A DNA stretch of 64,000 nt, taken from the NCBI GenBank assembly GCA_013265495.1, contig MU058636.1, forward strand, positions 4,933,741-4,997,740, written 5' to 3'. The notes beneath the pieces are model-generated. The model was not told the DNA's origin and searched no databases. It saw only the letters and a program-made list of their open reading frames with translations. Shown in pieces: positions 49,321-61,067 of the stretch. Origin of the DNA: Vicugna vicugna (taxonomy: Eukaryota). Both the position numbers and the translations under genes were made by a program. How positions within the stretch are numbered: the stretch's first letter is position 1; each line of letters opens with the position of its first letter.

Positions 49321-52300
49321 GAATGTGTGCTTGAGGTTTGATGTGAATAGAGAAAGTACATGATTTAAACCTCCCACGGAATGGGACATTGAGTTGCCTA
49401 CTGACTAGGAAACACCAGTCATTCAATAAATGAGAGAGATTATCATTTTTAATATAAAAATATTACTTTAAAGGGATTTAGCAGAACGCTTTCTTTGTTA
49501 GAAGTTAGAAACTGGTGCTAGTTGAGGTGTTCCAGGGCCTGGAGCTCTTTTTCTGTCTGAAGCAGTTTAACTCTGCTCCCTTCTATGACATTGATGGTCC
49601 TTAAAAAGAGAGTAGGCAAAAGTGTAACTGTGTTTAACCTTTTATAAATAAACATTACCAAAAATGCGAACAAAATGAGCCTGCTTTCTAAAAGGGCTTC
49701 CTGAAAGCACTTAAAATTAATTTGTATTACCAGAACATATTGGAATAACTATTAATTATACTTAATTTGAGTTAATAAAGATTATTCAAGCTGAATGATG
49801 GGTTAGTGGTAAAATTGTATATAGAAAAAAGATTTTTGTTTGAAAAGTTGGAAAATGTGTAAATGTGGTCTTAACATTATATACTTGGGGGGAGGATAAC
49901 ATAATTTATTTTGTCTCTTTTCTCTTAGAACACACTCTCCTTAGCTTTTTATTTGTCTCTGGCCAAGAATAAACCTAACTTCTTATTCTTTGTAATGACT
50001 GTGTGCAGGAAGGGTTGTATTTATGGAGGGCACCACCTGCTGGTTATAAAAGGTACCAGTTGTGGGAGGCCTGCCTTTCGCAGTTGTCAGACTCTTCACA
50101 AAATCTGTTTTCCTTCTAATTCCACCTTAAGCCTGGAGTAAAGTCCCAGGATGAAAAACAGCCTTTAATTAACATGGCCACATAGGGATTCTAGTAGTGG
50201 TTTGATGTGATTTCTGTGACTCTGAGCTTGTCACATACGAATTTTTAAGAAAAATCATCATTAAAAGGGCAGCTGCCTGTCTTTACTTCTTCCTAAATCA
50301 ATTAAAAAATGACTATTGCTATTGCTCTTGCCATTGCTCTTCTATCCAGTCAGTGCTTTGTTCTTCTTTTTCATTCGTTGAAAGGATCTTAAATATTTTT
50401 ACTGCAATCTTTCTGAGTTTCATCTTATGAAACATTTATTTACATCTATTAATATCAGATAGAAGAACGATGATTTCATTAATTTTTTTTCTTCCTAGGA
50501 CCATTAGTATGATTTTCAAATTACTGATGTTTCCCTTAATTAATGATCATTTAATTTGAACTTATTCAATGGTTGTATAAAAGACTCTTTAATATTAGAA
50601 TATTTTGTGTTTTATTTATTGTTCATTCTGGACACAAGGTAAATATTTATAATGGTATGCATATAGTAATATTTGAAATTCAAACTGTAATTGGATTCTG
50701 ACACAGGTTAGCTTTATATAGATTATTTTTTTATTATTTTCTCATTTTCAATATATCCGTGCTACCATAAGTGAGTATAATTGAAATTCCACAAAGATGA
50801 ATGTCAGATAATTTCTTTGACACTCTTTAACCTTAGAGGACTGTGTATACATTTTTTTTTACAGTGATTTTTGGTAACAATTGAAGATCCTATTTCTTTA
50901 CTGTACCCTCCCTTTCTTCCGATGCACTGTTCCCTTTCTTCTTCTTTCTCCTTTTCATCTTTTTTCTTCTACCTAATAATTTGGTGTTCATTCCTGTTAT
51001 TCTCCAGAAAATTCTTTCTTAAGGCTCACCTTACCAGATCCAAGGGAATATTTGCTGAGGTCATTTTGTATCAGTGATGTGTATTTCTGAAGTAACTAGC
51101 ACTGTATATCACCCCTTCATCTTCTAACATTTTTTATAATAAAAAAAAAGTTATTGTTTTCTTGACCTTTCTTGACCCTCTTCTGTTTTCTTTCCTGATT
51201 CCCCTGTGTCATCTGTCCCCCCACCCCATCCTCCCACCCGGCCCCTCTATCAATATAGATATTTCCTCAAAGTTCAGTCTTGGTATCTCAATTCACCCTA
51301 CACAGTTTCTTTATTGATCTTACAAACCCACAAAGCATGAACTATACATAGTGCTAAAATATTTTCTAGCGTTAACTTTTCTCTACAATTTCAACTCTAC
51401 ATCTTCAGCTGCCTTCTATTCCAAACTTAATTTTTCCAAAGACTTGCGCTCTCTCTGATTTTTCCCTATCTCTTTTATGAGGACAGAAATTTTTATATAT
51501 TTTGCTTATCATTGCATTCCTATTACATGGAATAATGTATCATATCAAGTAAATTCTCAGTAAATATCTAAATAGTTGACTTTCCAGGAACAAAGTCTTG
51601 AAATTTTATAATTATCTTCTGCTTCTCTCAAATAACATTTATAGTCTTTGTGTCAGTTTTCTTATTTTCCAGTCATTGCCTGCAGTGAGCTCCTTATTAG
51701 TTCTTACCTGGAATTTTGTAGTAGTTTCCTGACTGGTTTTACTGTATTTGATTTCTCCTCTGTTTAGTCTATGCTGCCTATTGTAGCTACCAGTTCTTAA
51801 AATAGTTTTGGTCATTAATCAGCAAGTATTTCCCAAGCACCTAGGAACTTTGTTCTAGGCTCTGTAAGGATTCCTAATATGATATATACTATCGTTGTCA
51901 TAAGGAGCTTATGGTTTTGTAGGAGAAACAGACATAGAAATAAGAAATTTATTAAATATGGTGTGATAAATACTAATCATGATACATTGACAGTTTGCCT
52001 AGTTGTAGGGGGAAGAGCCTATCTCTGCCTGGAGTGGTGAAGGAAAATTTAAATACAGACTTGAGAATTTAAGGTACGTGGAGTTTGCTTACGAGACATG
52101 GGTCAGTAAGATGTCTTACTCTGAGGAAACAGCCTGTGTACATTCACAGTGGTATTTCTGCTTTAGTAGCATTGCTTATAAACTGAGTGCAACCTGAGTA
52201 ACCAACTTATTTGTTGGCTCTGTCTTCTCTTAGCTCCCTTTACTTCCTTCTACTTTTTCCTTCAGTCACACTCTTAGACCAGCAACAAATTCTGAATTCT

Positions 52301-53759
52301 CTTCTTTGAGATTCATTCAAATTGTTTTCTCTGTCCTTTTTGTTCTGTATTATTACCACTTCACCCCCATTTACTTAGGGAAGCAGGCTTTCTTTCAGTC
52401 TTATTTCTTTCCAAGCTCATTGTTTACTGTTTTTGTTAAGATAACTTTAGAATTTATTGTAATTTAGTATTTAGAAGGAATGTCTGTTTCCTTTGTAGAT
52501 TCTGAGACCCATCTTAACTCATTTTGCCCTATAGTCACCGCTAAAACATCATGCAAGTAGTAGGCACTTGATAATTTTTTGACTGTACAGATGAGTATAT
52601 TCTACAAAAGTACCATGTCTACATTGTTTAGCTGCAGTCTGTGGTCACAGTCATGTGTCTGCTGTTAAGGATGGTGAACAACTTTTGCTTCTTTTAAGGC
52701 AAGGCAAAGACTTTCTTCCACTCCAGGTTCTGTGGAAAACTGGGAATCCTGTCACGTTTATTTATCTTCCTGTGGAATGATTTGTCCTAGACATTTGCTG
52801 AGTATCTTCTTTGGTTGGAGGGACACAGACAGCTGTGGGCTTGGTTCTTGCTAGACAGTTCATTCTTTTCCTGACCTGAGGTCGTGAAGCTGTTCTCCTA
52901 CATCATATTCACTAAAGCTTTTACATTTTGCTTCAATAGTTAGGTCTTTAATCTACCTGAAATTCATTTTGTATGTGATGTGAGGTATAGGTGCAGTGTC
53001 ATTTTTTCTCATATAGATGTGTCTCAGAGCTTTCCAATTTTTAAAAATAACTTTATTGAGGAATAATTTACATACCATAAAAGTAATAAAATTCACCTAT
53101 GTCAAGTGTACAATTCAGTGATTTTTAATCATTTTACTGAGATATGCAACCATCACCATAATAAAATTTTAGAACATTTTTATTAGTCCAGTAAGCTCCC
53201 TCATGCCAATTTATAATTAATCCCTCACTGGATTCTGTTTAGATTTTCATCTTGAGCTCTCTGCAGCATCCAGTAGTGTTGGCCACTTCCTTTCCTGAAA
53301 CTTGGTGTACCCCTTACTTTCTGACATGACCTCCTTCTGGGTCTTTCCTTTACCTCTTTGATCATTCTTAGATTCCTTTGCAAGCTTCTTTTCCTCTCCT
53401 CATTTCAAAGATGGATCTTCTTGCATCTCTTCCTTGGCCTACCAGTTGTCTCACTTTAAAAGTCTTCCTGAATGCTCTCATCTGTGCCCCTGTTTTTATC
53501 AATCACTGAGGATTCCCAGATCTTTCTCTAGCTCAGACATCTCTCTGGAGATCTAACTGCCTACTGGCTGGTCTTTGTCTTTGTCTCCTTCACCTCCCCC
53601 TTCTCCTCCTCTTCTTCCTCCTCATCCCCTCTTTCCCCCAGCACATGGGGTAAAATTTATTTTCCAGAGGGTACCTGAAAAATCCTCCCTTCCCTCTCCC
53701 CTAATCAAGGCAATAAACACAGCCATTACTTCTAAAAGTTTCCTTGTGTTCTTTTGCCT

Positions 53760-54367
53760 TTTTTTTTTTTTTTGGAAAACTTAACCTGAGATCTACCCTC
53801 TTAAATTTTTAAGTGTACAATACCATTTTGTAAACTAGTGGCACTGTGTTGTACAGCATGCTTCTACATTTGAATCATCTTGCATAACTGTAACTTTAGA
53901 CCTTTTGAATAACAGCTCCCCATTTCCCATTCTTCCCATCCCCTAGCAACAGCTATTCTACTTTCTGCTTCTGTAAGTTTGACTATTTTAGATATTTCAT
54001 ATAAATGGAATCATGCCATGTTTGTCCTGTGTCTGACTTACTTGACTCAGAATAATGTCTTCCAGGTCCATCCATGTTGTTGGAAATGGTAGGATTTCCT
54101 TTTTAAAGGCCGAGTAATATTCTATTGTATGTATATACCACTTTTTCTTTATTCATTCATCTGTTGAACATTTAGGTTGTTTCCATATCTTGGCTATTTG
54201 AATAATGCTGCAATGAACATGGGTTTATAGTCCCACTAGCAGTGTACAGGGTTCCCATTTACCCTTATCCTGGCCAACACTTTTTTTTCCTTTTTTTTTT
54301 TTTTTTGATAATAGCTATCCTGACAAGTGTGACACTGACACTCCCTTGTGGTTTTGATTTGCATCTC
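53760..54367 (-). mobile_element. LINE-1 3' end (antisense arm)
   Basis: T-tail, then aacttaacctgagatctaccctctt..gttgtttccatatcttggcta..gtggttttgatttgcatctc. Confidence 0.88.
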
Positions 54368-55205
54368 AGTGGTAAAAAATGGAAAGCTTTTACTTTTAAA
54401 TCAAAAACAAGGCAAAGATGTCTACTCTTTCCAGTTCTATTCACTATAATACTAGAAGCCTTAGCCAAAGCAATTACACAAGACAAAGAAATGGAGTCAT
54501 CCCTTGGTATATGTGGGGGATTGGTTCCAAATGCCAAGTCAAATGCCAGAATCCAAGGATGCTGTAGTCCCTCGTATAAAATGGCATAATACTTGCATGT
54601 AACCTATGTACTTCCTCCTGTATACTTTAAATCATCTCTAGATTACTTATAATACCTAATACAATGTAACTGTAATGTAAATAGTTGCCTATATGTGGCA
54701 AATTCAAGTCTTGCCATTTGGAACTTTCTAGAATGTTTTTGGGGATATTTTTGATGTGTGGTTGGTTGACTGAGGATGTAGAACTTGCAGATATGAAGGA
54801 TTGACTATAAAGGGCATCCGAGTTGGAAAGGAAGAAATAAAATTATCTCATTGCAGATGATACGATCTTATATGTAGAAAATCCTCTATTAAGGCTTTAT
54901 TTAAAAAATCTCTTAGAACTGATCAACAAATTCAGTTTAAGTTGCAGGATACAAAGTCAACATTCAAAAATCAGTTATGTTTCTATATACTAACAGTGAA
55001 CTATCTGAAAAGAAAGTTAAACCAAAATACTCCCTTCATAATGGCATCAAAAGAAAAAATTACTTAGGAATAAACTTTACAAAGGAGGTGAAAGACTAGT
55101 GTAATGAAAAGTACAATACATTGCTGAAAGAAATAAAAGAAGACACAAATAAATGGAAAGATATCTAATGTTCATGGATTGGGAGACTTAATATTGTCAA
55201 AATAT
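54368..55205 (+). mobile_element. LINE-1 ORF2 reverse-transcriptase fragment (sense arm), interrupted by MER2
   Basis: Peptide GKKWKAFTFKSKTRQRCLLFPVLFTIILEALAKAITQDKE. gcagatgatacgatc is the FADD-motif region. Confidence 0.88.
54494..54807. mobile_element. MER2 (TcMar-Tigger non-autonomous element)
   Basis: agtcatcccttggtat..gggggattggttcca..ctttaaatcatctctagattacttataatacctaatacaatgtaa..gaaggattgact. Confidence 0.88.
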
Positions 55206-55249
55206 TAAGTGATACTCAGAACTTTTTGTTTTCTCCTTTTCTGACTGAT

Positions 55250-58200
55250 ACACCCTGTCACCATTTTCATATATTAAGTTTCATGTTGTGTGGGTCTGTT
55301 TCTAGGCTAATATTTCCCATTGATCTTTTTTCTGTTCCAATACCATACCACTGAAATTACTTAATCTTAAAAAGTGTTTTGATATCTGGTAGAAAAGTTC
55401 ATTCACTTTTTCTTAAGTATCTTGCTGTTTTTGGCCTTTTAAATTTACGTATAAATTTAAAAATAAATTTGTCATGTTTCTTTAAAAATCAGAACCTGGG
55501 CTTTTTTGAGACTGTATTGACTTCATAATCAGTGTCAGAAGATTTGCTGTCTTTATAGTATTTGAGACTTCTAATCTGTGAACATATCTATTTAATTTTC
55601 TTTAACATCTGTCAATATAGCTCTATGATTTTTCTTTCTAAAAATAAATTTTTTATTAGATTAATTCCTAGGTAGGTTATGCTTTGCAATGTAAATTGCA
55701 TTTTAAATTTTTTGGTTGCTATTCATATATTGATTGTTTTGCTTTTAAAAAGCCTTTTTATTTTGAAATAATTGTGTTTTTGCAAAAAGAGTACTTAGAG
55801 TCTTGTGGACCCCTCATCTGTCTTCTGCCAGTGGTGACATCTTATGTAACTGTAGCATAATGTCAAATTAGGAAATTAACATTGGCATGATATTGTTAGA
55901 TTATAGACATTATTCAGTTTTCTCAAGTTTTTGCACATTGTCCCCCACCCCCCCCACCCCCTCATGTGTATTTGAAGTTCTGTGTAGTTTGATCTTCGCT
56001 ATAGATTCATTTCACCACCACCTCAATCAACATACAGAACTATAAAGAAATTCCCTTGTGCTACCTCTCATGCTCATCATTATTCTCTGGCAACTACTAA
56101 TCTGTTCTCCATGTCCATAGTTTTGTCGTTTTGAGGTTGTTAAATAAATGGAACCATAACATTATGCAACCTTTTGAGATTGGTTCTTTCAGTAAGTATA
56201 ATGACCGTAAGTTATTACGTATCAGTGAAACAGTTCTTTTTGTTGCTGAGAAGTATTCATTATGCAGATATATCAGAGTTTTAACCATTTATCCGTTGAT
56301 GAACTATTTTAATTGCTTGCAGTTTTGAGGTATATAAGCAAAGCTGCTATAAACATTCTTGTACAGATTTGTGTGAATGGAAGCTCTCATTTCTCTGTAT
56401 AAATGCCCCAGAGTACATTCGCTGGTTTGTATTGTAAGTGTATGTTTAGTTTTATGAGAAACTGCCAGACTATTTTTAACTATGACTGTACTATTTTACA
56501 TTTCTACCAGCAATGTATGATAGATCCAGTTTCTTTGCATCTTTGTTTACATATGATATTTTCATTGCTTTTTATTTTATTCTATTAGTATATGGTGATA
56601 CTTCATTGTAGTTTTAATTTGCATTTTCCTAATGATTAATGATGTTGAACATCTTTTCATATCTTATTTGCCATCTGTATATCCTATTCAAATCTGTTCA
56701 TGTCAACCCATCTTGTAATTGGGTTGTTTGGTTTTTTATAGTACTTTTGAGAATTCTTTATATATTCTAGATATGTCTTTTGTCAGATATGTATTTGCAG
56801 ATATTGTTTCCCCAATCTGTAGCTTATCTTTTTATTCTCTTAATAGTTTTTCATAGAGTAAACGTTTCTAATTTTTGAAGTTCAGTATATCAGTTTTTTT
56901 TCTTTTTTGGCTCTTGCTTTTGGTACCATTTCTAAAAACTCTTTGCCTAGCTTCTATTGTGAAGATTTTCTTCTGTGTTTTCTTCTAAAACTTTTTTGTT
57001 TGCTTTACATTTTGTATTTAGATTCATGATCTATTTTAAATTTTTGTTTAAAGGTATGAGGTATTTAGGTCAAGTTTGTGTTTTGGTTTTTTTGGGGGAT
57101 GGATGGTTCTATGTACACAGAATGTGGAAAAGCCTATTACTGCTCCGTTCAGTTGCTTTTGCATCTTTGTAAAAATCAATTGGGCATACTCATGTGGATT
57201 TCTTCCTGGGTTGTCTTTTCTGTTCCATTGATCTGTGTGTCTGTCCCTTCACATTGTCTTGTGGCTATATAGGAAGTTTCAAAGTTCTGTGAAATAATTT
57301 CCTCCCACTTCATTCTTTTCTAAAATTATTTCATCTATTCTAGTTCCTTTCCCTTTCTGTGTAAATGTTATTATAAGCCTGTCTTTTATCTGTGAAAAAT
57401 CTTACTGGGTTGTTAGAATCCCTAAACCTGTAGATCAGTTTTGGGAAGAATTGACATCTTTACTATCTTGAACCTTCCAATTCATGAACATAGTATATCT
57501 CTCCATTTATTTAGATCTTCTGTGGTTTTTTTCATCAGTGCTTTGTCATTTTCAGCATACCAATCCTGTATATATTTTGTTAGGTTTATCCTGAAATATT
57601 TTATTAATGGCAAGGAATGATAAAGATAGTATTGTGCTTTTAATTTAGGTTTCTCTCTGTTCTTTGCTAGTATATAGAAACACAGTTGATTTTTACATGT
57701 TGATCTTTGCATCCTATAACCTTTATGAAACAGTTTTGTGGCTTTTGTTTGTTTGTTTTAAAGATTCCCTTGGAATCTTCTACATAGACAGTCATGTCGC
57801 TTGGAAGTAGGGACAGTTTTAGTTCTTCCTTTCCAATCAGTATGCCGTTTATTTCCTTTTCCTTGCCTTATTATGTTGGTTAGGGATTCCAGTATTATGT
57901 TGAATAAGACTAGTGAGAACACACATTCTTGTCTTGTTTCTGATTTTTGAGAGTAATTATTCTGTCTTTCACCATGAAGTATTTTGTTTGCTGTAGGTAA
58001 TTGATGTTTGCATATTGATTTTTCTACTGTACAAGCTGTTAAACTCAAACTTACTAATCCTCATGTTTTATCTATAAATCTTTCAGAGTTTCTATATACA
58101 TAATCATGTAATTTGCAAATAATAACTGTTTTGTTCCTTCCTTTTAATTTTTATACTCGATTTCTTTTTCTTTTGTTGACTAGCATTTCTATTACCATGT

Positions 58201-59600
58201 CAAATAGAAGTGATGATAGCAGGCTTGCTTTTGTAGTCCTGAAAACAAATAAAAAGCTTTCAATAGGTCATCATAAGCATGATTTAGGCTGTGGGGTGTT
58301 CATAGCACCCTACCTTTTTCAGATAAAGGAAGCGTCCATATACTTTTTAATTTGTTAAGCTTTTTCCCCTTAGTTATAGTTATGAATTGATGTTGAGTTT
58401 TTATTAAACATTTTCTCTTCATTTTTTGAGATTATGACATTTTTCTTTTTAATCTGTTACTTTGGTGAATTCAACCTTTCATTCCTGTAATTAAACCTAA
58501 TTTTTATGTAGCTACATTTGGTGTCTCAATATTTAAGAATTTTGTATCTTTGTTTATAAGCAAGATTTGTGTGTGACTTTTTTCTTTCTCTTATTTTTCT
58601 CATTTGGTTTTAATATCATGGTTATGCTCGTAGGTTGCATAAAATTAATAGGAAGGATTCCTTTGTTTTCCAGTCTTTTAGAACTATGTATGTGACATTG
58701 AAATTATTTCTTCCTCAGTTATTTGGTGGACCCCACGAGTAAAGTCATCTAGATTTGGATATTTGTCCTTTTGGAAAGGCTTATAGATTATTGCTTTTAT
58801 TTCTTAATTTTTTCCTTGAGTAATTTTTGGTAAGATGTAGATTTTCTCGAGTTTGTCTAAATTTTCAAATATTTTTGAATGTCAAAAAATGTAAGATTGC
58901 CTTGTGATTTTTTTGTTTGTGTGTTTGTGGCCTGGTTTTTGACTTTGTTGATTCAGTGCTTGTTTCCTCCCACTCCCCGATTCATTGGTTCTTAAAGTTC
59001 TTTTAAATGTTTAAATGTTTGGAGGTTTTCTTGTTTGTTGTTACAATTCAGAAAAGTATAAAAATTATTAGCGTCTAGCTCTATGACCTTATACAAAGAG
59101 AATACAGTAGTGTAACCAGCATCCAAATAAAGAAGTAGAACATAACCTGTACCCAAGAAATCTCCTGTTCCCCTTAAAATTATATCTCCCACCAAGGGAA
59201 TTCAGTATCCTGATCCGTAACATCATAAATTAGATTTCCTTGTTTTTGAACTCTTCTGGAAGTGTAATCATATTTTATGTATAGTGTTTTGTGTCTGATT
59301 TCTTTCCTTGTAATATTGATCTCTATTGTGTGAAGCAGTAGCTTATTGCTTACAGCTAATGGCTGTATCATATTCTATTGTATGACTATACTACAGTATA
59401 TCTATTCATTCTACTGTTGATAGGCATTTGTGTTTTCTGTTTTGACTAGTAGGAGTGGTATTGCTATGAACATTTTTATATGTTTTATGGTGGACACATG
59501 TATGTGTTTCTGTTGAGTAAATACCAAGCAGTGGATCCTGGGGCCTGCCTATTTGTGTAATTTATACTTAGCTTATGTGCTTTATTTTATTAAATGTTTG
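55250..59600 (-). mobile_element. Cluster of nested antisense LINE-1 relics (L1MC/L1ME-like)
   Basis: gaaactgccagactatttt, gggaagaattgacatcttt, cttgtcttgtttctgattttt. The minus ORFs 57482-58048 are ORF2-like fragments. Confidence 0.8.
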
Positions 59601-59854
59601 CATCCTTTTTTTAATCCTTTTACTTTCAATGTCATATCATTATTTCTTAATTTTTTATTTTTTTGGTAAGTTCTCTATAATAAGATTTTAAAATCTTGGT
59701 CTTTAAAATTTATTATGTATACTATATATATTACATTGTAAGATACTAATATGTGTTAAACATTGTTCTAAATGGTATATGTTTTAACTTATTATAGATT
59801 TCAGTTTTTGTTTGGTGAATTTGTCTTTATTTCACTCTATTCCATAGTATGGTA

Positions 59855-59928
59855 GTATTTATTGAAAAAGCTCTGCATATAAGTGGACATGTGCAATTCA
59901 AACCCATGTTGTTTAAGGACCAAGTGAA
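59855..59928. mobile_element. Tigger2/MER8-type terminal fragment
   Basis: tatttattgaaaaa..ataagtggacatgtgcaattcaaacccatgttgtttaagg. Confidence 0.75.
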
Positions 59929-60904
59929 TAGTCATTTTATCATCTGTTTGATAATTGTAATATTTGAAGTTTTTGGGTCTGTACTTGGGGGTTTGGTTTT
60001 TCTGCTGGTTCTTGCTAGTAGTGTCTTGTTTCCTTTGGTGCTTGATTATTTTTGACTTGAAATACTCATTGTCCTAGAAACATCATATGAGGATTCTTTG
60101 AGGCAAAGAATGAAGATACCCTCCTCTGGGAGGACTTCAGTTTACTTATTAGGTTCTTAGGGGTGCTGCCAATTGGGGTTCACTAAGTTTGTGTGTTGAG
60201 GTTTTCAGGACCACTTAGGTAATGTGAAACTGGGAAAATGTTCAGACTCATGGCCAAAACTAATTGGGTGTTCCTCCCTTGTATCTACTATTTCTTCTCT
60301 GTTCTTAATACCTAGGCAGCCTTCTCAAGCTGGCCTCTGGGTTCTAATGGGGGGATAGGCACGTGTTGACCTTTGGTTTAACTCTCTCTTTTGCAGGTGT
60401 TATCTTTTTTGGGTTGGGGTAGTATTACATTAAAGTCAGAAGGGTCTCCTATTTGACATTCTGCCTTGACCAGGACTCTGTCCTCCTTCTGTAACCACCA
60501 AACGAAACGCTAGATTTGTCAGGGTTGGCAGATGCCCTGAAGATGTAAATGAATATAATGTTCTATTTACTTCTCTGGGTTTCTGTATTCTCTTAGATTT
60601 TGGCCCAAGTAATTTGTGGTGCTACAAAAAAAATGTGGTGTGTATGTACTACATATATGTGTACACATATATATCTTTAAGTCATTTATTGTTTTTGTAG
60701 TTGGAGCATTAGTGCAGATAACCTAGCTTGCCACTAACAGAAATGGAAATAAAAGTAAAATTAAACAAGAAATTGGTGAAATGTTCAGTAAAGTGATCTT
60801 CATTAATTAGATAAATGAATTACTATAAATTAGGAAGTAGTTATACATTCTTTTTGTGGGACGGATTCCTTTCCATGTTTATTATGAATGTTGTTAAGTC
60901 TTAT

Positions 60905-60940
60905 TTTTTTGTTTTGCATCTAATAGTTTTCTTGTTTTAG
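60905..60940 (+). promoter_or_regulatory. 3' splice site (branch-point-like TCTAAT, polypyrimidine tract, AG) of the PDS5B first coding exon
   Basis: ttttgcaTCTAATagttttcttgttttAG directly precedes the exon. Confidence 0.85.
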
Positions 60941-60959
60941 GGGTAAAAATATTTCCATC

Positions 60960-61067
60960 ATGGCTCATTCAAAGACAAGAACCAATGATGGAAAAATTAC
61001 CTATCCCCCTGGTGTCAAGGAAATCTCAGACAAAATATCTAAAGAAGAGATGGTGAGACGGTTAAAG
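60960..61067 (+). CDS. PDS5B: PDS5 cohesin-associated factor B, first coding exon (codons 1-36; exon spans 60941-61067 including 19 nt of 5' UTR)
   Basis: Translation [36 protein letters not shown] is the recognisable PDS5B N-terminus. Acceptor ttttcttgttttAG ends at 60940, the Kozak context is strong (ccATCATGG), and a phase-0 donor AAG|GTGAGT starts at 61068. Confidence 0.97.

Larger units (their letters stand above)
1..60940 (+). other. PDS5B: PDS5B intron upstream of the first coding exon (intron 1; the non-coding exon 1 and promoter lie upstream of the window)
   Basis: No CpG island or other gene is visible. The + strand is T-rich and most L1s are antisense, typical of a transcribed intron. 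The region ends in a canonical acceptor. Mammalian PDS5B has a very long first intron (established). Confidence 0.8.
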
